Shown here in pieces: positions 29,095 to 40,051 of a stretch of 64,000 nucleotides of DNA (position 1 is the stretch's first letter; every line of letters begins with the position of its first letter). The stretch is from NCBI GenBank assembly GCA_963705255.1, contig OY970061.1:1376001-1440000 (forward strand), written 5' to 3'. This stretch comes from an uncultured Methanoregulaceae archaeon. Its GTDB lineage: Archaea; Halobacteriota; Methanomicrobia; Methanomicrobiales; Methanospirillaceae. The translations under genes were made by a program, and so were the position numbers. The notes below the pieces were generated by a model that did no database searches, had not been told where the DNA came from, and was given only the letters and a program-made list of their open reading frames with translations.

Positions 29095-31189
29095 ACATGG
29101 AAAGACCCGAAATGTCTATGATACCCCGGGTCTCTACCGGAGGGCGGTCATCGACGCATTCATCAAACTGGATCCCCGCACCCTGATCCGGAACCCGGTG
29201 ATGTTCACCGTGGAAGTCGGCAGCGTGATCACGACCCTGCTCTGGCTCCAGGCTCTTACCGGAGCGGGGGAAGCCCCGGCCGGGTTCATCGGAGCAGTCT
29301 CGGCCTGGCTCTGGTTCACCGTACTGTTTGCGAACTTTGCCGAAGCCCTTGCTGAAGGCAGGGGAAAGGCACAGGCCGACTCCCTGCGTAAAATGCGGCA
29401 GGACACAGCAGCAAAAAAACTGCATCCCGGCCACGTGATCACCAAGGGGAGGGAGCCATCATCCCTCGATTATATTGAAGTCTCATCCTCCACGCTGCGC
29501 AAGTCCGATCTCTTCTATGTAAGGGCAGGCGACACGATACCGGTCGACGGGGAGATCATCGAAGGGATCGCATCCGTCAACGAGAGCGCCATCACCGGGG
29601 AGAGCGCGCCGGTCATCCGGGAATCCGGCGGGGATCGCAGTGCGGTCACCGGAGGGACCGCGATCCTGTCCGACTGGCTCGTTGTCAGGGTCAGCGCAAA
29701 CCCCGGCGAAGGGTTCCTCGATCACATGATCAGCCTTATCGAGGGAGCAAAAAGGCAGAAGACCCCGAACGAGATCGCCCTCAATATCCTGCTCATCGGC
29801 CTGACCGCGGTCTTTATCCTTGTCTCCGCCAGCCTCTATGCCTTCTCGAAATACAGTGTCGGGGCTGCCGGTGCGGGCACTACCGTGACGATCACGGTCC
29901 TCGTCGCCCTTTTTGTCTGCCTCGCACCGACAACTATCGGCGGGTTGCTCAGCGCGATCGGCATAGCGGGGATGGACCGCCTGATCCAGCGCAATGTGAT
30001 CACGACTTCAGGCCGGGCCATCGAGGCTGCCGGTGACGTGGATGTCCTCCTGCTGGACAAGACCGGGACCATCACGCTCGGCAACCGCCAGGCCGTGGAA
30101 CTGATCCCGGTAGACAACAGCGACATCATGGATCTGGCCGAAACCACGCAGCTTGCCTCCCTTGCCGATGAGACGCCCGAGGGCCGGAGTATCGTTGTGC
30201 TCGTCAAGGAAAAATATAATCTCCGCGGCCGGTCGGTCGCTTCCACCGATGCCGGTACTGATACCCGGTTCATCCCGTTCACGAGCCAGACACGGATGAG
30301 CGGGGTTGATCAGGGAGAACTCCGCATCCGCAAGGGTGCGGCAGACGTCGTGTTCCGGTACATTGAATCACAGGGCCACACCGTCTCCGACAATCTTCGC
30401 CAGGAAGTGGACACGATCTCCCGTGCCGGGGGTACGCCCCTCGTCGTGACGCGGAACGGACAGGCACTGGGCGTGATCCATCTCAAGGATATTGTCAAGG
30501 GGGGCATCAAGGAGCGGTTTGCCCAGCTCCGGAAGATGGGGATCAAGACCGTAATGATCACCGGCGACAACCGGCTCACCGCGGCAACCATCGCGGCAGA
30601 AGCCGGGGTGGACGATTTCCTTGCAGAGGTCACGCCCGAAAGCAAGCTCAAACTCATACGGGAGTACCAGACCGGCGGGAGGATGGTCGCGATGACCGGG
30701 GACGGCACCAACGATGCCCCTGCGCTCGCCCAGGCGGATGTTGCGGTTGCGATGAATACCGGCACCCAGCCGGCCCGGGAAGCGGCAAATATGGTCGACC
30801 TGGACTCCAATCCCACGAAACTGATCGAGATCGTGGAGATCGGAAAGCAGCTCCTGATGACCCGGGGGTCACTGACCACGTTCTCTATTGCCAACGATGT
30901 AGCGAAGTATTTCGCCATCATCCCGGTCGCATTCGCCTCTACCTATCCCTCCCTTGCCACCCTCAATGTGCTCGGGCTGCACAACGGTATCCTCTCGGCG
31001 GTGATCTTCAACGCCATTATCATCGTCCTCCTCATCCCGCTTGCCCTTCGGGGCGTAAAATACCGGGCCATGTCGGCTGAAGAGGCGCTGCGCAACAACA
31101 TCCTCATCTATGGTGTCGGAGGGCTTATTGCCCCGTTCATTGGAATAAAGATCATTGATATGCTTCTGATACTGCTGGGAGTACATTGA
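29087..31189 (+). CDS. kdpB: K+-transporting P-type ATPase B subunit
   Basis: [25 protein letters not shown]. Confidence 0.96.
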   Translation: MSEHGKTRNVYDTPGLYRRAVIDAFIKLDPRTLIRNPVMFTVEVGSVITTLLWLQALTGAGEAPAGFIGAVSAWLWFTVLFANFAEALAEGRGKAQADSLRKMRQDTAAKKLHPGHVITKGREPSSLDYIEVSSSTLRKSDLFYVRAGDTIPVDGEIIEGIASVNESAITGESAPVIRESGGDRSAVTGGTAILSDWLVVRVSANPGEGFLDHMISLIEGAKRQKTPNEIALNILLIGLTAVFILVSASLYAFSKYSVGAAGAGTTVTITVLVALFVCLAPTTIGGLLSAIGIAGMDRLIQRNVITTSGRAIEAAGDVDVLLLDKTGTITLGNRQAVELIPVDNSDIMDLAETTQLASLADETPEGRSIVVLVKEKYNLRGRSVASTDAGTDTRFIPFTSQTRMSGVDQGELRIRKGAADVVFRYIESQGHTVSDNLRQEVDTISRAGGTPLVVTRNGQALGVIHLKDIVKGGIKERFAQLRKMGIKTVMITGDNRLTAATIAAEAGVDDFLAEVTPESKLKLIREYQTGGRMVAMTGDGTNDAPALAQADVAVAMNTGTQPAREAANMVDLDSNPTKLIEIVEIGKQLLMTRGSLTTFSIANDVAKYFAIIPVAFASTYPSLATLNVLGLHNGILSAVIFNAIIIVLLIPLALRGVKYRAMSAEEALRNNILIYGVGGLIAPFIGIKIIDMLLILLGVH

Positions 31190-31225
31190 TGCTGCTGATG
31201 CTGCCCGGAGTGTGACGCGCTACCC

Positions 31226-33193
31226 ATGGCCGTCCCCTTAGAATGCCGCCCCGACCCGGACACCCTCCTCGCCCACGTCCAGGGCGAGGAGCGGCAGAAG
31301 CACCGGGGCAGCCTCAAGATTTTCCTGGGATACATCGCTGGCGTTGGCAAGACCTACGAGATGCTGAAAGCAGCGCACCTCCGGAAAAACGAAGGGATTG
31401 ATGTAAAGATCGGCTATGTCGAAACTCATGGCAGGCCGGAGACCGAAGCGCTGGTAGAAGACCTCCAGGCAGTTCCCCGGAAGGAGGTGGAATACCGGGG
31501 CGTGAGGATTCCGGAGATGGACCTCGACGCGATACTTCAGTGCCATCCGGGGCTCGTGCTCGTGGACGAGCTCGCCCATACCAATGCCCCGGGGTCACGC
31601 CACCCCAAACGCTACCAGGATGTCGAGGAACTGCTCGACGCGGGGATCGATGTCTATACGACCCTGAATGTCCAGCATGTCGAGAGCCTCAATGACGTGG
31701 TCGCCCAGATCTCCGGGATCATCGTCCGGGAGACCATTCCCGACCGGGTGATCGACGAGGCTGCCGAGATCGAGCTCGTTGACCTCGCCCCACCGGAACT
31801 GCTCCAGCGGCTCAGGGAAGGTAAAGTGTATGTCCCTGACATGGCACAGCGGGCGATCGAGCAGTTCTTCAACGAGGGAAACCTCTATGCCCTCCGGGAA
31901 CTGGCCCTCCGGCGCGCCGCGGAACGGGTCGATAACCAGATGCTCGCCTACATGCAGACACGGGCAATACCCGGCCCATGGGCCGCGAGCGAACACCTGC
32001 TGGTCTGCATCGGACCAGGGCCGCTGTCGGAGAGGCTTGTCAGGACCGCACGCCGCCAGGCTGACCGCACGAATGCATCGTGGAGCGCGATCTATATAGA
32101 AACACCATCCCACCACCGCCTGTCCAAGGAAGGAAAGGAACAACTCTGGCGCACCCTCCAGCTCGCGGAGAAACTCGGCGCCACGACTGCCACCGTCTTC
32201 GGGCTCAACGTAGCGTCCACGGCCCTTGACTATGCCCGCAGGCACAATGTGACCAGGATCATTATCGGCAAGACCCTGCGGGCGCGGTGGAAGGAGTATC
32301 TCTATGGTTCAGTTGTCGACCAGCTCATCCACAACAGCGGCCCCATTGACGTTTACGTGATCAGCAGCGGCAAGGACGTACAGGAAGAGCCGGTGGAGAT
32401 GGAGCCGCTTCTCCCGGCAACCCCGCCAAAAGACTACATGGCAAGCTTTTTCCTGGTCGTAGGTGTCACCATCATCGGTTGGCTGATCCACTGGGTTATA
32501 TCACCGACGAACCTTGCGATGCTTTACCTTCTGGCTGTCGTGGCGGTCGCGTGGCGGAGGGGTCTCCGCCCCGCCATCTTCACCAGTATCATCGGGGTCC
32601 TCGCATTTGATTTCTTCTTCACCTCCCCCCACCTGGAATTCAGGATCTCGGACACTGAATACCTGATCACGTTTGCCGGGATGATTATTGTCGGCGCCGT
32701 GGTCAGCCTTCTCGTTGCACGGGCCCGCGAACACGCTGATGCTGCCCAGATCCGGGAAAAAGAGACCGGCACGCTCTATGCCCTTTCCCAGGACCTCGCG
32801 GTGGCTGTCACGACCGACGCGATAATCAACGCGGTCCGGAAACATATCACCGAGATCTTCCAGTGGGATTCGGTCTTTCTTCTCCCCCGGGAGAACCGCC
32901 TGATAGTACATTCTGCCAGCGAGAGGCTGGTCCTCGACGGGGATGATATCGCCGTTGCGACATGGGCGTACCAGCACGGGGCCATTGCCGGTTACGATAC
33001 CGACACCCTCCATGGATCGCGGCTGCGGTACATCCCTCTCCAGGGCACCCAAGGGGTCGTCGGCATCATGGGCGTCAAACCCACCGAAGTGAACGGTGTC
33101 ATTACTCCTGAGCAGTCAAGGATCCTGACCGCCTTTGCCAACCAGACGGCTCTTGCCCTTGAGCGGGTGAACCTGACCATCACGAGGAGGTAG
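31226..33193 (+). CDS. kdpD: KdpD sensor (N-terminal, Usp, 4TM, GAF) lacking histidine kinase domains
   Basis: GVGKTYEML, LVDELAHTN, KRYQDV; ends ..QTALALER..TRR* with no H-box. Confidence 0.88.
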   Translation: MAVPLECRPDPDTLLAHVQGEERQKHRGSLKIFLGYIAGVGKTYEMLKAAHLRKNEGIDVKIGYVETHGRPETEALVEDLQAVPRKEVEYRGVRIPEMDLDAILQCHPGLVLVDELAHTNAPGSRHPKRYQDVEELLDAGIDVYTTLNVQHVESLNDVVAQISGIIVRETIPDRVIDEAAEIELVDLAPPELLQRLREGKVYVPDMAQRAIEQFFNEGNLYALRELALRRAAERVDNQMLAYMQTRAIPGPWAASEHLLVCIGPGPLSERLVRTARRQADRTNASWSAIYIETPSHHRLSKEGKEQLWRTLQLAEKLGATTATVFGLNVASTALDYARRHNVTRIIIGKTLRARWKEYLYGSVVDQLIHNSGPIDVYVISSGKDVQEEPVEMEPLLPATPPKDYMASFFLVVGVTIIGWLIHWVISPTNLAMLYLLAVVAVAWRRGLRPAIFTSIIGVLAFDFFFTSPHLEFRISDTEYLITFAGMIIVGAVVSLLVARAREHADAAQIREKETGTLYALSQDLAVAVTTDAIINAVRKHITEIFQWDSVFLLPRENRLIVHSASERLVLDGDDIAVATWAYQHGAIAGYDTDTLHGSRLRYIPLQGTQGVVGIMGVKPTEVNGVITPEQSRILTAFANQTALALERVNLTITRR

Positions 33194-33339
33194 GAAAGCG
33201 GGGAAGTGGTGCATTCCACAGATCTTGTCTCAGGTTTCGATTTTTTTAAACGATGAAAAGGTTCGGCTCTTTAGAAATAATGAGGAACGAAATTTGAACC
33301 TGAATAATGAAAGTTACTGAAAAGATCGATATTTGCGAC

Positions 33340-33560
33340 GGCTCCCCGCCTCAGGGCCCCTACGGGGACCGACGAAGGCGGTCGAGAAGAACTCGTCAGA
33401 GGTTCTTCGAGTCACGGCGGGGCAAGGAGTTTTTTCAGTCACTGATCCGCCGCGGGGAGTCAATCGTCGCATCAGCGAGGATTGGCTGAAGAAGAACTCA
33501 TCAGAGTTCTTCGATTGCGGCGGCGTTCATCCCAAAGGATTACGGAGGAACTCTAAATCG
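33340..33560. repeat. Hairpin repeat family, locus B
   Basis: Cores at 33386-33408 and 33491-33512; 33449-33518 is an inverted homolog of 41431-41500. Confidence 0.8.
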
Positions 33561-33575
33561 AAAAAACACGATGAT

Positions 33576-33998
33576 CTACTCACTCTTTCCTGAATCCTGC
33601 GGGTGTTCACCGGGCACCCAGCGGTCCCCGTCCCTGCGGAGCTCTTTTTTCCAGATGGGAACTCCCTTTTTTATCTCCTCGATGATGTAGCGTGAACCCG
33701 CATACGCTTCCGGGCGGTGGCCGGCACTGACGACAATGATCAGGATGTTCTCTCCTACCGAAAGCCGGCCAATCCGGTGAATGATATCGACGTGGAAAAG
33801 GTCATGGAGCCTCGTTGCATCCTCCGCAATCTTCTCGAGTTCCCGGCGTGCGACCTCCTCGTACGCCTCGAGCTCCATCTCACGGATATCATCGTCACGG
33901 ACGACCCCGTCAAACACGACAACGGCCCCGGTACCCGCCCGCTTCGCGTCGTTGATCAGCCTGCCGATATCGACATCTTCGTGCTGGATGGCAATCAT
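33576..33998 (-). CDS. moaE: Molybdopterin synthase catalytic subunit
   Basis: GAVVVFDGVVR, IHRIGRL, SAGHR, PIWKKE. Confidence 0.92.
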   Translation of the reverse strand: MIAIQHEDVDIGRLINDAKRAGTGAVVVFDGVVRDDDIREMELEAYEEVARRELEKIAEDATRLHDLFHVDIIHRIGRLSVGENILIIVVSAGHRPEAYAGSRYIIEEIKKGVPIWKKELRRDGDRWVPGEHPQDSGKSE

Positions 33999-34012
33999 GA
34001 TACCCCGGTTAT

Positions 34013-34291
34013 TCATCCCCCGGCGACAGGGGGGAATACCGCAATCTCGTCGCCATCTGTCACCGTAAGCGTGACTGCATCGGACGCCTCAAGCCGCTTC
34101 CCGTTCCGCATCAGGATGACGAACTCCCGGAAATTGCCGTTCCCGTCAAAGATGGCATCATATCCTTCGCTGTTCTTCTTTGCAATGTCCTTTACCAGAC
34201 TCGCAAAGACTGTCCCCCTCTCTGGTTCTGCAAGAATATCCGTCCCGAGCAGTTCCCGGAACCGGGCAAAAAACCGTACCTTGACTGTCAT
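34013..34291 (-). CDS. moaD: MoaD/SAMP1 ubiquitin-like sulfur carrier
   Basis: VKVRFFARFRE...GDEIAVFPPVAGG C-terminal diglycine. Confidence 0.88.
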   Translation of the reverse strand: MTVKVRFFARFRELLGTDILAEPERGTVFASLVKDIAKKNSEGYDAIFDGNGNFREFVILMRNGKRLEASDAVTLTVTDGDEIAVFPPVAGG

Positions 34292-35046
34292 CTCTTTCTC
34301 CCCGTTGTTGTCTTTCTGGTATTCTTCCCGCCGCATACCGGGCAGGCCGGGTTTCTCTCAACGCAGATCTCCTCCGCACGTGCTTCCAGGCCGTCCCAGA
34401 GGAAGAGCCGGTCTGTCAGGAGCCTGCCTTCGCGGGTGAGATATTTCAGTACTTCTGTTGCCTGCACCATCCCGATGAGCCCGGGGGTCACCCCTACCAC
34501 CGGGAAGACTTCCTTTGGTGGAGCGCTCGGGAAGATGCACCTGAGACACGGAGTCACCCCCGGGAGGATGGTCGTTGCCTGCCCGTATAACCCGCGTATC
34601 GCGCCATGGAAGAGCGGGATGTTCTTTGTTACTGCCGCTTCGTTGAGGAGGTAACGGGTGGGGAAATTGTCCATCGCGTCCACGATGCCATCGGCACTGC
34701 CGGCAAGACTGAGGACATTCGTTTCGTCGATTGTGGTATCGATGACCTTCACCCGGATATCCGGGTTGATCTCACGAAGTTTCTCTCCTGCAGAAGAGGT
34801 CTTCTTCTTCCCGATGTCCCGGTCATAGTGCAGGATCTGGCGGTTGAGATTGGTCTGGTCCACGACATCCATATCGGCAAGAGTGATCGTCCCGACGCCT
34901 GCAACCGCGAGGTAGATGGATATGGGACAGCCCAGTCCGCCGGCGCCAGCGATAAATATCTTTGATTTTTTCAGCTTTTCCTGCCCTTCTTCACCGAAGA
35001 GCAGGATCTGTCGTTTATACCGATCAAGTTCGCGTTGGGATAACAT
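34288..35046 (-). CDS. moeB: MoeB/ThiF/UbaA E1-like activating enzyme
   Basis: RYKRQI, GAGGLG, NLNRQ, CLRC, CPVC. Confidence 0.88.
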   Translation of the reverse strand: MLSQRELDRYKRQILLFGEEGQEKLKKSKIFIAGAGGLGCPISIYLAVAGVGTITLADMDVVDQTNLNRQILHYDRDIGKKKTSSAGEKLREINPDIRVKVIDTTIDETNVLSLAGSADGIVDAMDNFPTRYLLNEAAVTKNIPLFHGAIRGLYGQATTILPGVTPCLRCIFPSAPPKEVFPVVGVTPGLIGMVQATEVLKYLTREGRLLTDRLFLWDGLEARAEEICVERNPACPVCGGKNTRKTTTGRKR

Positions 35047-35258
35047 GTTTCACCTGACTTCAGCCGGGATGTCCGAAATTATTCCGGACGGGGCGTCCGG
35101 GTCAGTTTCCAGAGATCTTTGTTTCATCATTGCCGGGAGGATTATTTATTGAATTTCGTTTCGGCAAATTTTTCCTGGTCTTCGGCTTCACGATGATATG
35201 CTGCAAAATACCCTTCGGACGACGCAGGTGTATCACTCCACGGGAAACGATCCGGCAG

Positions 35259-35693
35259 CTAATGCTGGCAGGTCAGGTCTTCCTCGTGGTCGTGGGAATG
35301 CGGGTTCTTCTCCTCCCATTCGGGCAGCCCGTGTCTCTTCCGGTAATCGTTGATCGCCTTGTGGATGCCTTCCTCCGCAAGCACCGAACAGTGCATCTTG
35401 ATCGGCGGGAGTCCCTCGAGGGCTTCTGCCACCGCCTTGTTGGACACCTCCCATGCTTCCTCCAGGGTCTTTCCCCGGACCAGTTCGGTTGCCATGCTGC
35501 TGGACGCAATTGCAGCACCACACCCGAAGGTCTTGAATTTTGCGTCGGTGATGATATTATTCTCGATCTTCAGAAAGATCTTCATGATGTCCCCGCAGAC
35601 CGGGTTCCCGACTTCCCCGACTCCGTCAGGGTTCTCTATCTCGCCCACGTTGCGGGGGTTCTTGAAATGGTCCATGACCTTGTCACTGTACAT
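35259..35693 (-). CDS. iscU: Fe-S cluster scaffold IscU/NifU
   Basis: GNPVCGD, FGCGAAIASSS, LPPIKMHCS. Confidence 0.95.
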   Translation of the reverse strand: MYSDKVMDHFKNPRNVGEIENPDGVGEVGNPVCGDIMKIFLKIENNIITDAKFKTFGCGAAIASSSMATELVRGKTLEEAWEVSNKAVAEALEGLPPIKMHCSVLAEEGIHKAINDYRKRHGLPEWEEKNPHSHDHEEDLTCQH

Positions 35694-36882
35694 TGCAGCC
35701 TCCTTCCTTCCCGCTCTTCTGGTACAAGGGAGACATGTCCCTCAAACGGGATACAACCTTCGGAAGCACATCCAGCACGAAATCCACGTCTGCCTCCGTG
35801 TTCACGTTCCCGAGGGTAAGACGGAGAGACCCGTGGGATATCTCTAGCGGGAGACCGGTCGCCAGCAGGACGTGCGAGGGTTCGAGGGATCCTGACGTGC
35901 AGGCGCTGCCGGTCGAGGCACAGATCCCCTCGTCGTCCAGCCAGAGGAGCATCGACTCGCCTTCGATGAACTCGAAACTGATGTTGATATTCCCGGGCAA
36001 CCGTTTTTCCGGGTGGCCGTTGAGATAGGCATGAGGTATCTTTTCCATGATCCCCTTGAGGAGACGATCCCGCATTGCCCGGATCCGCCGGTTATGTCCC
36101 TCGATATCGGCCGTCGCAAGCTCGATGGCTCTTCCAAGCCCGACGATGCCGGCAATGTTTTCCGTACCGGCACGACGCCGGCGCTCCTGCCCGCCACCAT
36201 GGATCAGGTTGTCGATCCTCACCCCTTTCCGGATATAGAGGGACCCCACCCCTTTCGGGCCGTAGAACTTGTGGGCGGAGAGCGAGAGCAGGTCGATATT
36301 CTGGGCCCTGACGTCGACCGGAAGATTCCCGATGACCTGAACGGCATCGGTATGGAAATACACCTTGTGCCTGCGGGCAATTGCCACCAGTTCGGCGATG
36401 GGTTCGATGGTGCCGATCTCGTTGTTGGCATACATGATCGTGATGAGGATAGTCTTATCCGTGATGGCTTTTTCAAGTTCCGCAGGGTCGACAAGCCCGT
36501 ATTTGTCTACCGGCAGATAGGTAACGGCAAAACCTTCCTTTTCCAGGTACTCGCAGGTATGGAGAACAGCATGGTGTTCAATCTTGGTGGTGATGATATG
36601 GTTGCCCTTCTTCCGGTTGGCAAAGGCAATACCCTTGATGGCCCAGTTGTCGGATTCACTCCCGCAGGAGGTGAAGTAGATCTCGTCCGGGTCTGCGCCA
36701 AGCGCCTTTGCGACCTGCGCACGGGCAATGTCAATCGCATTTTTGGAAGCGCGTGCGATGCTGTAAATGGAGGAGGGATTGCCAAAGTTTTCCGCATGAT
36801 AGGGGATCATTGCGTCCAGTACTTCCTTCCGGGTGTACGTGGTCGCGGAGTGATCCATATAGACGAGGCGTTTTTCTCCCAT
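35683..36882 (-). CDS. iscS: Cysteine desulfurase IscS/NifS
   Basis: YMDHSATT, SAHKFYGPKG, STGSACTS; start taken at MGEKRLVY. Confidence 0.95.
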   Translation of the reverse strand: MGEKRLVYMDHSATTYTRKEVLDAMIPYHAENFGNPSSIYSIARASKNAIDIARAQVAKALGADPDEIYFTSCGSESDNWAIKGIAFANRKKGNHIITTKIEHHAVLHTCEYLEKEGFAVTYLPVDKYGLVDPAELEKAITDKTILITIMYANNEIGTIEPIAELVAIARRHKVYFHTDAVQVIGNLPVDVRAQNIDLLSLSAHKFYGPKGVGSLYIRKGVRIDNLIHGGGQERRRRAGTENIAGIVGLGRAIELATADIEGHNRRIRAMRDRLLKGIMEKIPHAYLNGHPEKRLPGNINISFEFIEGESMLLWLDDEGICASTGSACTSGSLEPSHVLLATGLPLEISHGSLRLTLGNVNTEADVDFVLDVLPKVVSRLRDMSPLYQKSGKEGGCNVQ

Positions 36883-37030
36883 TCTCTTCTCCGTATACCT
36901 GATTATGTGCGCCGTTCGCGGAATTATTCTTTCCCTACACGCTGGCGCCGTGACCAGCCACCTTTCCGGCCGCTGCCTTGCGGGGACTCCCGGGGAATGC
37001 AATCCCCACCGGACGGAAATAAAGGGCAGG

Positions 37031-37112
37031 ATTTATCTGCTGTCAGGATAAATTCACAATTGTGAATACAATCTATTATGTCGGGATTGTAACAACATAA
37101 AGGTTGTGTTGT
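37031..37112. promoter_or_regulatory. Nested palindromes in iscS / HTH divergent promoter region
   Basis: Perfect ATTCACAATTGTGAAT 37052-37067; ATTTATC..GATAAAT 37031-37053; TACAATC..GATTGTA 37067-37091. Confidence 0.55.
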
Positions 37113-37113
37113 A

Positions 37114-37461
37114 ATGGAATCTCCTTGCCAGAAGATCGTTTGGGATGTCCTGCCCGCAATCCGGGCGGCAATCGCTGTGGAGCTTGTCAAGTGTGGCGTC
37201 TCCCAAGTGGAAGCGGCGCGGATGCTCGAGATTGCACCCTCCGCGGTGTCGCAGTACCTGTCGGGGAAACGCGGGTACCGGATCGAATTTGAGAATGAGG
37301 TGAAAAAGTCCATCGAGCAATTGGCGCAGGACCTCAGGGACGGCAGGAACGTGAACCTCGTCCAGCGCACCTGTGACATCTGCCACCAGTTGCGGGAAGG
37401 CGAGGAGAGCCAGTGCGGCAGCTCCTCAGAGGCACCATCCAGAGAACGGTGCGGTTCATAA
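37114..37461 (+). CDS. Archaeal HTH transcriptional regulator (COG2522-like) with Cys motifs
   Basis: PCQ..LPAIRA, SQVEAARMLEIAPSAVSQYLSGKRG, CDICH. Confidence 0.8.
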   Translation: MESPCQKIVWDVLPAIRAAIAVELVKCGVSQVEAARMLEIAPSAVSQYLSGKRGYRIEFENEVKKSIEQLAQDLRDGRNVNLVQRTCDICHQLREGEESQCGSSSEAPSRERCGS

Positions 37462-37505
37462 ATCCACTCTTTCCTCCCATCCGTTTTGCCGCGTGTGATG
37501 ACACC

Positions 37506-38306
37506 ATGAGCGTTTCAGAAAAAAAGCAGGTTCTCCTCGGGAATATCCGTAAACAGGGCTCGATGCTCGTAGCCTTTTCCGGGGGCGTCGACAGCACCCT
37601 CCTGGCAGCCCTTGCACAGCTGGTACTGGGAGAGCGAGCCCGTTGCGTGCTCCTCGACAGTCCCGTGGTTCCCCGGTCAGCGGTGGAACAGGCACAAAAG
37701 ATTGCCGGAGAACTGGGACTCGCGCTCGATATCATCCGCGTCCCGCAGCTGGATGATGAAGAATTCTGTAAAAATTCATCAGACCGGTGCTATTACTGTA
37801 AAAAAATCTCAGCTGAGTACCTGAAGAAACGGGCAGGAGAACTGGGCCTTGCATGTATTGCGGACGGGATCAATGTCTCTGACATGGGCGAGCACCGCCC
37901 GGGCCTCACCGCGTCTACCGAGGAGGGGATCCTCCACCCGTTCATAGAGTCGGGGATAACCAAACAGGATATCCGAGCCATCGCAAAAGCGTGCAGCCTC
38001 CCGGTCTGGCAGAAACCGTCGGCTGCCTGCTTATCGTCGCGTATTCCCTACGGGGACCTGATAACCCCGGAAAAACTCCGCAGGATCGAAGAGGCAGAAG
38101 CCTTTCTGGCAGGACTGGGGATTGGTCAGCTGAGGGTCCGCATGCACGGGAACATTGCCCGGATAGAAGTACATAAAGAGGATATGGGAAAAATACTGGA
38201 TCTGCAGAGCACCATTGCAGGAAAACTCCGGGCTATCGGGTTTTCCTACGTCACACTCGACCTCGAGGGTTATCGCAGCGGCAGCATGGATGAAGTCCTG
38301 AAATAA
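37506..38306 (+). CDS. larE: LarE-type ATP-dependent sulfur transferase
   Basis: AFSGGVDS PP-loop, RCYYCK, HRPG, KPSAACLSSRIPYG, GYRSGSM. Confidence 0.9.
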   Translation: MSVSEKKQVLLGNIRKQGSMLVAFSGGVDSTLLAALAQLVLGERARCVLLDSPVVPRSAVEQAQKIAGELGLALDIIRVPQLDDEEFCKNSSDRCYYCKKISAEYLKKRAGELGLACIADGINVSDMGEHRPGLTASTEEGILHPFIESGITKQDIRAIAKACSLPVWQKPSAACLSSRIPYGDLITPEKLRRIEEAEAFLAGLGIGQLRVRMHGNIARIEVHKEDMGKILDLQSTIAGKLRAIGFSYVTLDLEGYRSGSMDEVLK

Positions 38307-38352
38307 TGTACTGCTGATGCATTCCCCGGAGGATTACCTTACGGAATATATC

Positions 38353-39126
38353 ATGTTCAGACGATTGCCCTGTATCCGGGTCGATGGCGAAAAAGCCAAA
38401 AAAGGCTTCCACGAAGTGATCGAGGAGGTACCCATCGCCCTGTTCGTCAACGGGCGGCATGCGATGACCGCGATGATGAGCCCTGTTCAGCTCGAGGACT
38501 TTGTGACCGGCTACCTCTTCACCGAGCAGATCATCAAAGGCGTGGACGAGATCGAGTCGATCAAGATCGAGAAGAACCGGATGAGCGTCATCACGAAGAA
38601 TCTCTTCAAGGTGCTCGGCCCCAAGAAGACAATCCTCTCCGGCTGCGGCGGGAGCACGTCCTATATCGACACCGAAAAACTCCCGAAGATCCATTCCGGT
38701 TATACGATCAGCACTGCCGATATCTGGAACTCCGTCAAGGCGGTCCTGAACTCCGAGCTCCACGTCACCACGGGAGGGATACACATCGTTGCGCTGCTGG
38801 ACCGGGAGAAGATCCTTGCGGTCTCCGAGGACATCGGGCGGCACAATGCGCTCGACCGCGTCATTGGTTACGCCCTCCGGAATGGCATTGACCTCTCACG
38901 GACATACGTGATCGTATCAGGAAGGATTTCGTCCGAGATGGTGCGGAAATGTCTTGTCGCCGGCATCCCGATCATCGTCTCACGGGGTGCGACAACAACC
39001 CTCGCCGTGGAGACGGCAGAGAAGACCGGGCTGACCGTGGTGGGGTTTGCCCGGGGAGGGAAGATGGTGATCTACACGCACACGTACCGCATTGAAGGGA
39101 CAGAACCAGACCCGTCAGCCCAGTGA
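38353..39126 (+). CDS. fdhD: Formate dehydrogenase accessory sulfurtransferase
   Basis: SGCG, TGGIH, EDIGRHNALD, SGRISSEMV. Confidence 0.92.
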   Translation: MFRRLPCIRVDGEKAKKGFHEVIEEVPIALFVNGRHAMTAMMSPVQLEDFVTGYLFTEQIIKGVDEIESIKIEKNRMSVITKNLFKVLGPKKTILSGCGGSTSYIDTEKLPKIHSGYTISTADIWNSVKAVLNSELHVTTGGIHIVALLDREKILAVSEDIGRHNALDRVIGYALRNGIDLSRTYVIVSGRISSEMVRKCLVAGIPIIVSRGATTTLAVETAEKTGLTVVGFARGGKMVIYTHTYRIEGTEPDPSAQ

Positions 39127-40048
39127 TTGCCGGAGCTGGCAAAACTGGCAGATCTCGCCGCTGCAGGGCTCACCGCATTCCCGGCAGGAACGGATCGGTC
39201 CGGCCGGGGTTTCTTCACCGCAATACCCTTCGATCTTTCGTTTGCTCTCCATGAGGTGCAGCATGGTTCCCGGGTACTGGTATTCCAGCGTAGAGAGCAT
39301 AGCCCTCACCTCCCTCCTCAGGGCATGGAGGGTATACGGGCACTCGGGGAGATCCACCCATGCACCCTGGAGCATGAGATAGGTTGCAATCTCTTTTTCC
39401 GATACGAGGCCCAGGGGTTTTATCCTTGGAATGAACTGCCCGGAAGAATGATGGCTGCTGTCACGTACCAGGCGTGGCAGGTCGCCGCGGAGCAGGTTCA
39501 TCAGGACGGACTGCGCCTCGTCATCAAGGTTATGACCGGTCGCCAGTCTGGTTGCCCCCGCTCTCCGGGCTGCGACGATGAGCGCCTTCCTCCGCAGGAT
39601 ACCACAAACACTGCACGCCCCGGATTCGCCGGTCTTTGAGGATCTCATCAAGCGAACCGCCGAAAAGATCCGCAAATGAGATGCGGATATGATCGAGTCC
39701 GTACTTCCCGACCAGCCGTTCGGCCGAGCGGATGGTATCCTCGCGGTACCCGAGGATACCTTCATCGATGGTGAGGGCAGTGAGCCGGACATCATCCCAG
39801 GCCGGGAGGAGCCTGCAGAGGATCATCAGGAGTGCCGTGCTGTCCTTACCCCCGCTTAAGGCAACTGCCACCCGGTCCCCGGGCAGGATCATCTTCCGGG
39901 ACCGGATTGTCTCTGCCACCCTCTGTTCCAGATCGCTCATGAAATGGTTCCCGCAGAGGTGGCGGCCGGTTATTCTGTCCTGAAACACGGCCGGCTCTTT
40001 GCAGATCGAACACGGAGGAGTTTTTCCGGGCAGGGGATCGCGGGTCAA
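39115..40048 (-). CDS. ncsA: TIGR00269/NcsA(TtuA/Ncs6) tRNA 2-thiolation enzyme (frameshift near 39620)
   Basis: CSIC..HLC..H, ALSGGKDS, CSVCGILRR, TGHNLDDE, CPY, C-terminal Zn finger. Confidence 0.85.
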
Positions 40049-40051
40049 TCC

